Of a DNA stretch of 64,000 bases, positions 9,241-19,492 are shown in pieces. The position numbers and the translations under genes were made by a program. The notes below the pieces were generated by a model, which saw only the letters and a program-made list of their open reading frames with translations, did no database searches and was not told the origin of the DNA. The DNA comes from Candidatus Cloacimonetes bacterium HGW-Cloacimonetes-2. GTDB lineage: Bacteria > Cloacimonadota > Cloacimonadia > Cloacimonadales > Cloacimonadaceae. The stretch spans positions 39,674 through 103,673 of the forward strand of contig PHBP01000001.1 of assembly GCA_002842035.1 (NCBI GenBank). Reading direction: 5' to 3'. The number at the start of each line of letters is the position of its first letter. Position 1 is the first letter of the stretch.

Positions 9241-9909
9241 TTAGGCTTTGCGATGGGCAAACCACCAGTCATAGCCTTCCATCTCGCCTTTTTCGATCTT
9301 TGCCTTACGATCCATCGCGGCATCGACGTCCTTGGCGGGCGGAATAATCACTCTATCCTGGATAAGCTCGTTCTTTGGCCAATTCGCAGGCATCGCGCAG
9401 GAATTCTTGTCTGAGAACTGCATTCCTTCGACTGCACGCAGGATCTCTTCCATATTGCGTCCCAGTTCCTGAGGATAGTAGAAGATAATCCTGATTATGC
9501 CTTTATCATCCACGATAAAGACAGCACGGACGGTATTGGTGCCTTTCCCGGGATGGATAAGACCAAGGCGGTCTGCGACGGCTCCGGTATCGGCGATGAT
9601 AGGGAATTGTATCTCTACACCGATATTATCCTTGATCCATTCTTCCCACTTGATATGGGCAAAGACCTGATCAACACTCATTCCGATCAGCTCTGTATTG
9701 AGCGCTTTAAACTTGGGATAGAGATTTTGAAATGCTACAAATTCTGTGGTGCAGACTGGTGTAAAATCTGCAGGATGACTGAAGAGCACAAACCACTTAC
9801 CGGCCATATCGCCGGGAAGGTTCTTTTCGCCACGTGTAGTCTGGACTTTCATATCCGGGAAACGATCTCCCAAAAGAGGCATACCGGGTCTTTCCATTGT
9901 GTTTTGCAT
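9241..9909 (-). CDS. Peroxiredoxin (Prx6/1-Cys-like subfamily)
   Basis: Peroxidatic Cys block FTPVCTTE and C-terminal PANWP motif. RBS aaggaga lies 8 nt upstream of the ATG at 9909. Confidence 0.9.
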   Translation of the reverse strand: MQNTMERPGMPLLGDRFPDMKVQTTRGEKNLPGDMAGKWFVLFSHPADFTPVCTTEFVAFQNLYPKFKALNTELIGMSVDQVFAHIKWEEWIKDNIGVEIQFPIIADTGAVADRLGLIHPGKGTNTVRAVFIVDDKGIIRIIFYYPQELGRNMEEILRAVEGMQFSDKNSCAMPANWPKNELIQDRVIIPPAKDVDAAMDRKAKIEKGEMEGYDWWFAHRKA

Positions 9910-10008
9910 TGTTTATTCTCCTTTTTGTTCTTTGACATTCATATACAAATAGTGTAAAGCAAAACTGAGATAATGCAAATAGCACTAATTCCTGTATCTT
10001 TACCCTAT

Positions 10009-10228
10009 CTCTTAGCTAACACCTGTACAGCCCCTGTGACTCCGCTGTGGGACAGGGGATTCTCAGCTCTAAGCTGGCGCTGGACAGGAGCTTGCATTGA
10101 GTAAGGCTAGTCTCTTCCCCTTGATACGATGCTTGATTCCTGCTTGTATCCTGCTTGTATCCTGTATGAAGAGGCAGCATCCATCTGATTAACAATGTAT
10201 TAGCAGGTTTTCATTCAAAAGGGAGCAA
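10009..10228 (+). repeat. Intergenic repeat family B, copy 1 (long form)
   Basis: ctcttagc..cagcccctgtgactccgctgtggg..gagtaaggct..cttgatacgatgc, then phased cttgattcctg cttgtatcctg cttgtatcctg tatgaa, then a tail ending at 10228. It aligns over ~220 bp with 25949-26185, and its core aligns with four further copies. Confidence 0.8.
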
Positions 10229-10239
10229 TGGAGTATGTA

Positions 10240-10269
10240 CAAAAAAAGCGGGAACCAGTGATTCCCGCT
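10240..10269 (-). terminator. Rho-independent terminator of the C25-1 gene
   Basis: On the minus strand: agcgggaa-tcactgg-ttcccgct followed by ttttttt. Confidence 0.8.
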
Positions 10270-10292
10270 TTATGTTACGCTGTTTTAAGCGT

Positions 10293-13200
10293 TTACTTCA
10301 TAAGTAGCATCTTGTTTGTGCGGCTGTAACCCTTGGTATCGAGTCTGTAGAAATAGACACCTGAGGAAACGCTGCGGTTGGCTTCGTCCCTTCCATCCCA
10401 ATTAAGATGATGTCTGCCAGCAGCTTTGTCACCGCTAAACAGGTTTCTCACCAATTGTCCTCTGATATTATAAATCTTCAAGCTGGTAAAACCGGCTGAA
10501 GCCAGATCAAAGGAGATGGTTGTAGTGGGGTTGAAGGGATTGGGGTAGTTGCCGCGCAGGGCGGTTACCAGCCCGGGAATCTGCTCTTCACCATCCGAAG
10601 GATCATAGGGGAAACGGAAGGAGACTAGATCGCTGGGGCTGCCTTCAATATTGATATATTTGGCTTTGATGTAGTACTGGTAGAGACCGTCGAGGGTGAT
10701 AGTCTCGGTATAGGTCGTGCCTGTAGTCTCAAAGACTTTGGCAAAGATACCATTATCAAAGCGTTTGTACACGTTGTAACCCATCACGGGCAGAACTGGA
10801 TCGTAAGGCTCTGTCCAATTGATCACCAGCTCACCGGTCTCATTGCTGATCGTGAAAGTAGGTGTCATTGGCTTGGGCAGATAGATCAGGGTGAATTCTG
10901 TGTAACGGGCAAGACTTGCAGCATCCAGAGTGAAGGGACCAAAGGTGGAGGATTGATGATTGAACATCGAAGCCTCGGAGAAATAAGTGCCTCTCTTCAG
11001 ATATACCGCAAAGCTGCCATCGGCTGAAGGATGGGCTGCATACTTGTTGCTGCAAACCACAGTTGCCAAAGCAGGGTTGTATTCGGAAGTCGGAATGACT
11101 GTTCCATAAAGCTTTCCGGTCTTTTTGTCCAGGCCACTGAGCTGGAAGTCATCGATAAACCAGCCAAGATTGCTGGTGGCGCCATCAGCACCAAAACGGA
11201 ATCTAAACATCACGTTTTGGCCGTTGTAAGCACCCAGATCAAAGGATGCAGTCTGCCAACCGCTGCTATTTCCGGAGAAACCGGCCTGTCCCTGGAGACC
11301 TGCGATGTTGTTGTGAGGATATCCGCTTTGAGGAGTAAGGATATTCCAGGTATCGCCGCCATTGGTGGAGATGCTAAGGTTTCCGCCGTCAAAGCCTGCC
11401 TCTGTAGCATAGTAATGCTTGAAGGTAAGCTGGCTCTGAGTGGTAAGCAGATAGGCAGGTGTATAGAGCTTGTAATCCACATAATCCGGATAGCTGCCAC
11501 TAAGGTTTGTTGCCCAGACTTTCTCGCCGGAGAAGGCGTTGACCTGGGCAGGATCACCCCAAGTCCAGCCGATTTCGCTTTCGAAATCCGCATTATTGTG
11601 TTCGAAGTCGCTGAATTCATTGGGTATATTGTAGGGAATGTAGAATTCAGTTTCGTATGGTAGAGCGTTGCTGGAAGCAAGGCTGAGGCTCATCGGGATA
11701 TATGTACCACTGCCGGTCTCGCCTGTGAACTGGAGGTTGTAAACATATTGCATCACCCAGCTACCTTTGATGGAGCCGACTGTGATGGTAGGATTGGTAA
11801 TACTAACTCCAGGGAAGGTGCTGGAGAGTGTTCCAGCTACATCCATAGCTTCGACAGCGGTGGGATTCTTTACATTGAGCACGAGCTTTACGGTCTCGCC
11901 TATATCGATCACGCCGTTGTAGCCGGTGCCTTCATCATTGATCAGATAAGATTGGAGGCTAAGCTGGGATGCGTCGATACGGATGCTGAAGGGACGTACC
12001 CATTGGTTTTCACCGGAGACCACAGTCAGGACGAATTCGGCTACGTGTCCATCCGGGCAATCCTCTGCAACTTCAAAGACGAAAGCATCGCGGTTTACGC
12101 CAAGACCTTCGGCTTGAAGCGGATAGTATTCCGAATCACCCTGGGTGATGTTGATGAATTCATCAGTAGTGGTCAGGACAGAACTGATGCCATTTGCGGG
12201 AGCGTTGCCGATATTGCTAAGCTGAATACCGAGCTGGACGGTCTCACCTGGTTCGGCAATATTATTGCCATTGCCATCGGTTATGAAGGTCTGAGCCAGA
12301 ATGAGCTGGGCTTCCACGTGATAGACAGGGACGTTTGTGATGTAGATGGCTCTCTGATTACCCAGGGGTGAGGCTGCAACGGGATAAACGTTGTTGAAGC
12401 TGTACTCCAGACCGCGTGTGCCTGTATGGTCTTCGATACCAATGGAAGCAAAGTTACCATGGTTGGCACCGCTCTGGGAATCGACGTTGTTGAAGGTCTG
12501 ATATTGGATCTTGATAGGTCCATCACCAAGTGAGGTTGAATAAACGGCTTGGTCGTAAAGGATCACTTGGAAGGTCTCCAGCGAAGTGCCGTTCTTACCA
12601 TTCTTCATATTGTACCATTCAACTATGAAAGCATTGTTATTGCGATCGTACCAGGTATAGACTCCGCCACCGGTATGAGTGGCAAGATCATCCCAGAAGG
12701 GAGCGATCATAGGGCTGGGGCCCATTGGACCAGGCAGGCGGTAATTACGAAATTCACCATTTGCGCTGTTGCCCAAGGCTATGAATCCGTTTGAAGAAAC
12801 GGAGATTTGATTGTAAACAATACCATAGAACTGGAAGGGGAAAGGCAGTGTAACAGGAACGATCGAGGTGCAACCAACCTGGTCGCCTTCGTCACCGGAG
12901 GTATAGGCATCAGCGAGAGGAAGCAGAGTTCCCAATCCGCCTTCAGCCGGAGCAATTCCGACCCACTCGAATGTGGGATGGTGTTCGTAGCTCCAGTCTC
13001 CATCGTCATAGATTACATATCCATAGGCATCAGGACCCAGGGGATCTTGCACACCTACGACACCGATTGTAATCGAGAAATCTATGAACTGCTCATAACC
13101 GGCATCAGTGTAGAGCTTGACCCGCATAGGAATAACCATCCCTGGAAGGATTTGCTCGCGGGCAAAGACTGTGAAGTTATCAGTACCAGTCGTAGCAGTG

Positions 13201-15740
13201 GCACCGGAAGCGATATCACCAAAGAAGCCGATGTTATCACTGATGGTTACCAGATCATTCAGGGTATAGAGACGGCCGTATAGACCTGTGATTCCCATCG
13301 GACCAATATTTTGGATACCGACGGTAAGAGGAGCTGTCTCGTTTGGATCGAGAGAGTTGTTTCCACCATCCAGGATAGCAACCGTGCTGAAATTGAACTT
13401 TGCAGATTCAACCGGGATGAATTCGGATACATCATAAGTACCGCCAAGATTATCCGTCAGGATCAGATGCAAACGCAGCATAGTTCCATGAGGAGCAGAA
13501 TTGGAGATATTCATCACGACAGGATTGGTGGATGTGCCCAGGCTACCGCCGGCGATATTGCCATAAACTACAGTAGAATCAGCGATAGTAACATAGGGGC
13601 TGGTGGTGGTAATGTAACCACTGATACCATTGATCGCTGTTGTGCCGGTGTTTTGGAGACCAAAAGAAACTTCGATGGTCTCGCCTGCATTGGCTATAGA
13701 GTTGTTGTTACCCTGAGAAGCACCAAAGTTGTCATCATCCAAGAGGACAGCACCGGGCACGAGGGTAGTCTCTTCTACTACGGTAATGGTAGTCTGATTG
13801 GGCAGATAGTTGTGCTTGCTCACCGTGATCACTGCGTTTCCGGCAGTCATACCGGCTGGAAGCACCAAGATTACATTGCCTTCCTCATCAGTAAAGCCTC
13901 GGGAAATCACTTGCATCCCCTGTGAGAGGGTTACGCTGGCTCCGACTACTACACCGGCAGTATCAGCTACAGAGACATCAAGCAGGCTCAGTCCCAAAGG
14001 AATGGAAGTGTCAACAGTCACTGTGAACTGGCTGGGTATCCCGGTGAAGATTTCCATCGTAGGATCACCCATAAGGTTTGCCCAGTGGTTAAACTTTACA
14101 ACGTTTGAAGGAGATGAAACACCAAAGATTTGGTGCATATTAAATTTACCTGCCAGCAGTGCTTCACCCATTGTGCGCATACCAGCCTGGTAGATACCGT
14201 GAATGATACCGCCATTGATGGCGTTGTTGAAAGTGGTATGAGTACTGGAGGTGGACATACCGATCGATGTAACAGCACCCTTGGGCGCTGCTACCGTACC
14301 CACACGAATGAAGGTCTCGGTCTTTGCCAAACCGCCGTTGTAATTACCTGTTCCGCAGGTGATGATCGAGGTATGGGGAAGCTTGAATCCATTGATCAGG
14401 GATTCAGAAGGGCTCCAGCCTGCCAGATCGATATAGCCACGGAAATTGAAGAATCCCACGCCTTGGTTCAAACCGGAATTGATTCCTGAACTGAGGCCAT
14501 CCGCTCCATAGACCTCAATGTAGGTCATATCAGGATTGATCTGCTGGGAAGCTTCCATAAGGTATTTTGCCATATAGACAGTCGAGATACCCGAAGGAGT
14601 CCAGTCTGCTGCCAGGAGCATCTTGTTGAGCCATGATGCAGTGGCAATGTTCAGGTTCTTCTCAACCAGATAGATCTTGTTTAGCACAACCTGAAGCTGG
14701 GAGATGTTTTCGACCGAGATACGTCCGATAAAGACATCACCAACCCCATCGGCACCGGCCAGATGAGTGTAAGGATAATCTCCGCCGCCGCTGCTTTCTG
14801 TAAAAGCAGGTATGGCATAAGAGCCGGCAGTATCACCCAGTAGGATGATAAAATCAGGCCTGGTGGTGGGATCGTTGTACAAATTCTGCAAGTAAGTCTT
14901 GATGGCTGTGGTAGAAGTACCTGCTGTTGAAGTACTGACAACCCGGACATCTGCACCCTTTTGTCTCTTCCAAAGCACGTAATCATCGAGAGCTTGGACA
15001 AAGGCAGGTTCGGTGTTGTTACCATAGAGCAAAAGATATCTTACAGGGCTGTTCACCGGAATCAGATTTCTGTAATCATTGTAGTTTAGGAGTGCCATAC
15101 TGTACATCTTGTCAAATGCTGCAGAGATTTCAGTAGGCTCACTGATTAGTTCGTTTACACCTTGTTCGGCAGTGAAGTCCACGCGAAAGTCTATGCTTTC
15201 CCTCAGGTTCAATTCACCGGTTACAGAATTGTAAAAGAAAGGACTGATCTGGATATTAACTATACGAAAGTCCCTCATGACTACGGGCTGGCCATACTCG
15301 ATGGTATTAGCCGGGAAGACTCCGCCGCCATTGAAGTAATCTTCATTGACAACAAAGGACTTGGGGCTTTCCAGATCCACTGATTCCTGGACAGGATAGG
15401 GTGTGAATGCTCCAAGGCTTACCGAGCGAACAGACTGCGGTGTTACACTAACCGATCCTCTTGCAGGGACGATGATTGAGGTGCCAATGATCGGCAACTC
15501 AGGCATTCCCTGCTCGATGGTGTAGGCAGCACCGGGCAGCACGATATGCTGGTAGGTCTTGTTGCCAATCGTCTCCTCAGAGAGACTATACTGGGGCATC
15601 TCAAATCTGATATCCATACCGGAGGCAGATTTGGAGCTGATCTGAAACGCTTGGTTAAGCGATTGCGCTGTCTCTGATCCGGCTACTCCATAGAGCAGAC
15701 CGAAGCAAATAACAAGTAGCAATAGGGCATACTTCTTCAT
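10293..15740 (-). CDS. Very large secreted gingipain-like (peptidase C25 family) multidomain protein with T9SS C-terminal sorting domain (C25-1)
   Basis: Signal peptide MKKYALLLLVICFG (ATG 15740 after gaggaa; the listed ORF starts at an upstream TTG). C25-like blocks YLLLYGNN, FIILLGD, GGGDYPYTHL and IITCGTGNY. Repeated Ig/CARDB-like modules, a lectin/MAM-like module ending GWFIDDFQL, and an FN3-like module. C-terminal domain (CTD) NYPNPFNPTTTISF..GVYFYRL..MLLMK. Confidence 0.85.
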   Translation of the reverse strand: MKKYALLLLVICFGLLYGVAGSETAQSLNQAFQISSKSASGMDIRFEMPQYSLSEETIGNKTYQHIVLPGAAYTIEQGMPELPIIGTSIIVPARGSVSVTPQSVRSVSLGAFTPYPVQESVDLESPKSFVVNEDYFNGGGVFPANTIEYGQPVVMRDFRIVNIQISPFFYNSVTGELNLRESIDFRVDFTAEQGVNELISEPTEISAAFDKMYSMALLNYNDYRNLIPVNSPVRYLLLYGNNTEPAFVQALDDYVLWKRQKGADVRVVSTSTAGTSTTAIKTYLQNLYNDPTTRPDFIILLGDTAGSYAIPAFTESSGGGDYPYTHLAGADGVGDVFIGRISVENISQLQVVLNKIYLVEKNLNIATASWLNKMLLAADWTPSGISTVYMAKYLMEASQQINPDMTYIEVYGADGLSSGINSGLNQGVGFFNFRGYIDLAGWSPSESLINGFKLPHTSIITCGTGNYNGGLAKTETFIRVGTVAAPKGAVTSIGMSTSSTHTTFNNAINGGIIHGIYQAGMRTMGEALLAGKFNMHQIFGVSSPSNVVKFNHWANLMGDPTMEIFTGIPSQFTVTVDTSIPLGLSLLDVSVADTAGVVVGASVTLSQGMQVISRGFTDEEGNVILVLPAGMTAGNAVITVSKHNYLPNQTTITVVEETTLVPGAVLLDDDNFGASQGNNNSIANAGETIEVSFGLQNTGTTAINGISGYITTTSPYVTIADSTVVYGNIAGGSLGTSTNPVVMNISNSAPHGTMLRLHLILTDNLGGTYDVSEFIPVESAKFNFSTVAILDGGNNSLDPNETAPLTVGIQNIGPMGITGLYGRLYTLNDLVTISDNIGFFGDIASGATATTGTDNFTVFAREQILPGMVIPMRVKLYTDAGYEQFIDFSITIGVVGVQDPLGPDAYGYVIYDDGDWSYEHHPTFEWVGIAPAEGGLGTLLPLADAYTSGDEGDQVGCTSIVPVTLPFPFQFYGIVYNQISVSSNGFIALGNSANGEFRNYRLPGPMGPSPMIAPFWDDLATHTGGGVYTWYDRNNNAFIVEWYNMKNGKNGTSLETFQVILYDQAVYSTSLGDGPIKIQYQTFNNVDSQSGANHGNFASIGIEDHTGTRGLEYSFNNVYPVAASPLGNQRAIYITNVPVYHVEAQLILAQTFITDGNGNNIAEPGETVQLGIQLSNIGNAPANGISSVLTTTDEFINITQGDSEYYPLQAEGLGVNRDAFVFEVAEDCPDGHVAEFVLTVVSGENQWVRPFSIRIDASQLSLQSYLINDEGTGYNGVIDIGETVKLVLNVKNPTAVEAMDVAGTLSSTFPGVSITNPTITVGSIKGSWVMQYVYNLQFTGETGSGTYIPMSLSLASSNALPYETEFYIPYNIPNEFSDFEHNNADFESEIGWTWGDPAQVNAFSGEKVWATNLSGSYPDYVDYKLYTPAYLLTTQSQLTFKHYYATEAGFDGGNLSISTNGGDTWNILTPQSGYPHNNIAGLQGQAGFSGNSSGWQTASFDLGAYNGQNVMFRFRFGADGATSNLGWFIDDFQLSGLDKKTGKLYGTVIPTSEYNPALATVVCSNKYAAHPSADGSFAVYLKRGTYFSEASMFNHQSSTFGPFTLDAASLARYTEFTLIYLPKPMTPTFTISNETGELVINWTEPYDPVLPVMGYNVYKRFDNGIFAKVFETTGTTYTETITLDGLYQYYIKAKYINIEGSPSDLVSFRFPYDPSDGEEQIPGLVTALRGNYPNPFNPTTTISFDLASAGFTSLKIYNIRGQLVRNLFSGDKAAGRHHLNWDGRDEANRSVSSGVYFYRLDTKGYSRTNKMLLMK

Positions 15741-15859
15741 AAGATTTTCCTCAACCTTTATCAAGACTTAATGTTAGACACTTATGCAAGGATTGTTCCC
15801 AAACAATACCATATCTTTGCAAGCTTTTAGCCCACATAGCGGTGAGTGGCTTCAATCCA

Positions 15860-15885
15860 ATGAAAAGGGGCTGTCAAGCAGCCCC
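15860..15885 (-). terminator. Hairpin terminator downstream of glnA
   Basis: ggggctg-tcaag-cagcccc, with T runs on both strands (ttttcatt on the minus strand, tttttttt on the plus strand). Confidence 0.65.
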
Positions 15886-15896
15886 AGTAATTTTTT

Positions 15897-17318
15897 TTAG
15901 AGATTATAATACAGCGCCATCTCATACGGATGAGGCCGATCGTTTACTGCTTTGTACTCGGCGAGCTTCATCTTGATATGGGATTCGATCAGTTCTTCGT
16001 TAAAGACACCACCTTCCAGCAGGAATGCGTGATCTTCTCTGAGTGCTTGCATCGCTTCCTCAAGATTAGCAGGGATGGACAGCAAGGTCGCCTTCTTTTC
16101 CTCGCTCCAGGCGAAGACGTTATCATCAAAGGGTCCCATATTGTGCTTAGTGGGATCAATCTTGTGTTTGATACCATCAAGGCCAGCCATCAGCAAAGCA
16201 CTCATTGCCAGATAGGGATTACAGGTGGCATCCCCGGTACGGAATTCAAAGCGCTTGGTCGCTTCCGTATTACCATACTTTGGAATACGAATGGCTGCGG
16301 AACGGTTTGCAAGACCAAAGAACAGCTTGACAGGCGCTTCAAAACCGGGCAGCAATCTCTTGAAGGAATTGGTGCTGGGATTGGTAAAAGCTACCAATGC
16401 CCGACCATGCTTCAGGATACCGCCGATGAACCAGAGAGCTTCTTTGGACAGATCTGCATAACCGCCCTTCTTATAGAATACGTTCTTTCCTTTCTTGTGC
16501 AACATCATATGAAAGTGCATACCATTACCGGCATGGTTATAAACCGGCTTTGGCATAAAGGTCGCTGTCACACCATTTTCCAGAGCAGTTCTACGGATGA
16601 TATCCTTCATCACCATTGCATCATCACAGATTTTGGGGAAAGCCAAAAGCTCGGTCTCAATCTCTTGTTGAGACGATATACCCACCTCGTGATGATGATA
16701 GCGGATCTTGATACCCATATCTTCCATCAGATCGACCATTTCCTGGCGAATCTCATAGAATCTATCAAATGGAGTATCAGCGTGATAAGCCTTGATATCC
16801 TGACGCGACATATTATCACCATCGTCCCAATCTTCCGGCAGAGCATCCTTACTCTCACAACTGGTGATATTATAACCGGAGGAGAAGCTATCTGAGCTGG
16901 TCTCCATTCCGTCAAATAGGTGAAATTCCAGCTCAGGAATCCAGGTGGAATTATCGGCTATACCTGTTGAGAGCAAATACTCGTGAGCCCTGTGAGCTAC
17001 ACTGCGAGGATCTTTCTTTACTCCGATCCGGGTTTCCGCATCGCAGATGGAGCAGATCAGCCTGAGCGTTGATGTCTCATAAAAAGGATCGATCGCTGCT
17101 GTAGCCAAATCCGGCATCAGCACCATATCACCGCTTTCCACATCCCTCATACCTGGAATGGAAGAGCCGTCGAAAGGAACACCGTGTTCCAGGACAAAGT
17201 CCAGCCTGCGTGCCGGGAAAGTAATGTGATACCACTTGCCATCCAGTCCGCAATACTTCAGGTCAATCGCCTGCACTTCATTCTCTTCGATAAGAGCTTT
17301 GATTTGTTTCGTGTCCAT
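15897..17318 (-). CDS. glnA: Glutamine synthetase, type I
   Basis: N-terminal beta-grasp block IDLKYCGLDGKWYHITF, NGMHFHM, and a length of 473 aa typical of GSI. Confidence 0.9.
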   Translation of the reverse strand: MDTKQIKALIEENEVQAIDLKYCGLDGKWYHITFPARRLDFVLEHGVPFDGSSIPGMRDVESGDMVLMPDLATAAIDPFYETSTLRLICSICDAETRIGVKKDPRSVAHRAHEYLLSTGIADNSTWIPELEFHLFDGMETSSDSFSSGYNITSCESKDALPEDWDDGDNMSRQDIKAYHADTPFDRFYEIRQEMVDLMEDMGIKIRYHHHEVGISSQQEIETELLAFPKICDDAMVMKDIIRRTALENGVTATFMPKPVYNHAGNGMHFHMMLHKKGKNVFYKKGGYADLSKEALWFIGGILKHGRALVAFTNPSTNSFKRLLPGFEAPVKLFFGLANRSAAIRIPKYGNTEATKRFEFRTGDATCNPYLAMSALLMAGLDGIKHKIDPTKHNMGPFDDNVFAWSEEKKATLLSIPANLEEAMQALREDHAFLLEGGVFNEELIESHIKMKLAEYKAVNDRPHPYEMALYYNL

Positions 17319-17348
17319 TGTATACTCCGTATGTATTTTTTAAAACTT

Positions 17349-18002
17349 TCAGATGGCAATGCCCAACAGGCGCATTACCCAATAAACGATTGGGACTACC
17401 AATCTCCCTACAATATTGATCCTGAGGATCTGCGAGCCGATCAGGACAGCAACCAGGATCATCATCCCCTTACGTTCCTGCATCGTCCACTTGTAATATG
17501 CCTGATCTCCCAGAAACATCCCCAGGACTTTGGAGCCATCCAAAGGTGGAACAGGGATCAGATTGAAGAATGCCAAGAGCAGATTCATCAGAATCACAGT
17601 GAAAGCCAGACTCTTTACAATAATTAGCTCCGGACTTAGATGATAAACAAGGGCAAAAAGCACTGCTATCAGGATGTTTGAGACAGGCCCTGCCAACGCT
17701 ACTAATCCACTATCTCGCTTGAAATCACGAAAATTGTAAGGATTGATCGGAACCGGCTTGGCATAACCAAAGACAAAGCCCGCGGTAAAATACAGCAATA
17801 TCGGCAAAATCACTGTTCCAAAAGGATCTACGTGCTTGAGGGGATTCAGGCTGAGCCGGTTCTGACGCTTGGCAGTATCATCCCCCAGCCAATTTGCCAT
17901 CCAGGCGTGGCTCACTTCGTGGATAATGATCGAGAAAAAGACTATGCCAATCACTACAGCATTGAAGCTATAACGAATCAGCATTTGCTGTGCATCTGTC
18001 AT
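17349..18002 (-). CDS. Site-2 protease family (M50) membrane metalloprotease
   Basis: HEVSHAW (HExxH) inside a hydrophobic multi-pass protein. Its start overlaps the tyrS stop by 1 nt. Confidence 0.8.
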   Translation of the reverse strand: MTDAQQMLIRYSFNAVVIGIVFFSIIIHEVSHAWMANWLGDDTAKRQNRLSLNPLKHVDPFGTVILPILLYFTAGFVFGYAKPVPINPYNFRDFKRDSGLVALAGPVSNILIAVLFALVYHLSPELIIVKSLAFTVILMNLLLAFFNLIPVPPLDGSKVLGMFLGDQAYYKWTMQERKGMMILVAVLIGSQILRINIVGRLVVPIVYWVMRLLGIAI

Positions 18003-19201
18003 CAGAGGGCTATCCTCAAATACTTGCGCTTACCGCATTTGATAACCATCCCGTCCTTGAGCACCAGTTCGCTATCAAAAGCAGTGACCTTTTCTCCATC
18101 GACGGAGACGCCACCCTGCATTATCAATCGCTTTGCCTCACCATTAGTCTCGCAGAGACCACCTTCAGTAAGGATTCGCATCAGCTTCATATTGGCTTCA
18201 TTGGCTTTGAATAATGGGATATCTTCCGGAAGCTCTTTTTGGGAGAACTGCTTTTCAAAGGCTTCACGCGCGGTATCCGCAGCCTCTGCCCCATGGTAGA
18301 GCTTTACAATCTCCCAACCCAGACGTTTTTTCATCAGCATCGGATTGGTGCCCTTTTCAAGCTCTGCCTTGATCGCTGCAATCTCGTCCGGGTGAAGGGT
18401 CGTGGCATAGTTATAGTAATTCACAATCAGCGAATCCGGTATGGACATCACTTTGCCAAATTTCTCGTTGGGCGGATCAAAGACGGCAATATAATTGTTC
18501 ATCGATTTGCTCATCTTGTTGATCCCATCAGTTCCCATCAGGATAGGAGATAGAACTGCAATCTGCTGTTCCTGTCCAAAATATCTCTGCATATCGCGTC
18601 CTGCCAGGATATTGAACTTTTGCTCAGTCGCACCCAGCTCGATATCGCTTTCGATAGCCACAGAATCATATCCTTGCAGAATCGGATACATAATCTCGTG
18701 CATCCCGAGGGGGAGGCCTTGTTCATAACGATTGCGGAATGTGTCGTGAGCCAGAAATTGCGCTAGGGTAAACTTGCCCATCAGTTTGATAACATCGGTC
18801 ATCCCCATCTTGCCAAACCATTCTGTCTGGTAGCGAATCTCTGTCTTGGCAGGATCGAGCACGGTAAAGAGTTGCTCCATATACTTTGAGCTATTTTCCA
18901 AAATCAGTTCTTTGGTAAGCGGCGGACGCGATTCGTCTCTGCCGGTAGGATCGCCGATCTGCGCGGTAAAATCACCGATAATGATGACACCGGTGTGACC
19001 CATATCTTGAAAATCTCGCATTTTGCGGATCGGCACCAAATGCCCGATATGTACGTCAAATCCGGTGGGATCGATACCATATTTGATACGCAGCGGCTTT
19101 CCGGTCTTCTCTGATTTCTCCAGCTTTTTGACCAGTTCGTCCAAAGGGATGATTTCCTCAACCCCTTTCTTTATGATCTTGAGTTCATTTTCAAACTTCA
19201 T
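18002..19201 (-). CDS. tyrS: Tyrosine--tRNA ligase
   Basis: HIGH-type motif (VHIGHL), KMSKS, and a C-terminal S4-like domain. I preferred the ATG at 19201 (MKFENELKII, preceded by aaggaa) over the listed upstream GTG at 19237. Confidence 0.9.
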   Translation of the reverse strand: MKFENELKIIKKGVEEIIPLDELVKKLEKSEKTGKPLRIKYGIDPTGFDVHIGHLVPIRKMRDFQDMGHTGVIIIGDFTAQIGDPTGRDESRPPLTKELILENSSKYMEQLFTVLDPAKTEIRYQTEWFGKMGMTDVIKLMGKFTLAQFLAHDTFRNRYEQGLPLGMHEIMYPILQGYDSVAIESDIELGATEQKFNILAGRDMQRYFGQEQQIAVLSPILMGTDGINKMSKSMNNYIAVFDPPNEKFGKVMSIPDSLIVNYYNYATTLHPDEIAAIKAELEKGTNPMLMKKRLGWEIVKLYHGAEAADTAREAFEKQFSQKELPEDIPLFKANEANMKLMRILTEGGLCETNGEAKRLIMQGGVSVDGEKVTAFDSELVLKDGMVIKCGKRKYLRIAL

Positions 19202-19321
19202 ATTCCTTATCCTATATACACTTACGTGGTCCGTCACTAAAGTCTGACCGGAACTCTTTTGTCAAGCGAAAGATCAGCTTTTTGTGCGCTAGACCCATTC
19301 TAAATGGCTTTAATTGCTTTG

Positions 19322-19440
19322 CCTTATCCGCCCTCTTTCGTTGAAACAATGCTAACACATTGCAGGTCAATTGATTCATCCTTGTTCATACAGGATACAA
19401 GCAGGATTGATGCAGGGTACAAGCATCCATCCAAAAGGGA
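19322..19440 (-). repeat. Intergenic repeat family B, copy 2 (reverse orientation)
   Basis: The reverse complement reads ggatgcttgtaccctgcatcaatcctgcttgtatcctgtatgaacaaggatga..gttagcattgtttcaacgaaagaggg. This aligns with copy 4 (32905-33020). Confidence 0.8.
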
Positions 19441-19492
19441 AGGCGCACGAACCAAGGAGATTCATGCGCCATCTATAGTGTGGAATTGCTTA

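Noticed and set aside
15930-16895. 321-aa ORF on the + strand
   Set aside because: It lies entirely antisense to glnA, whose product is unmistakable. It has no recognisable motifs and is a typical shadow ORF.
19202-19300. T-box leader upstream of tyrS
   Set aside because: The space between the family B repeat and the start codon is under 120 nt. It has no specifier-loop/T-box sequence (AAnnnGGGTGGTACCGCG-like) and no terminator/antiterminator pair.
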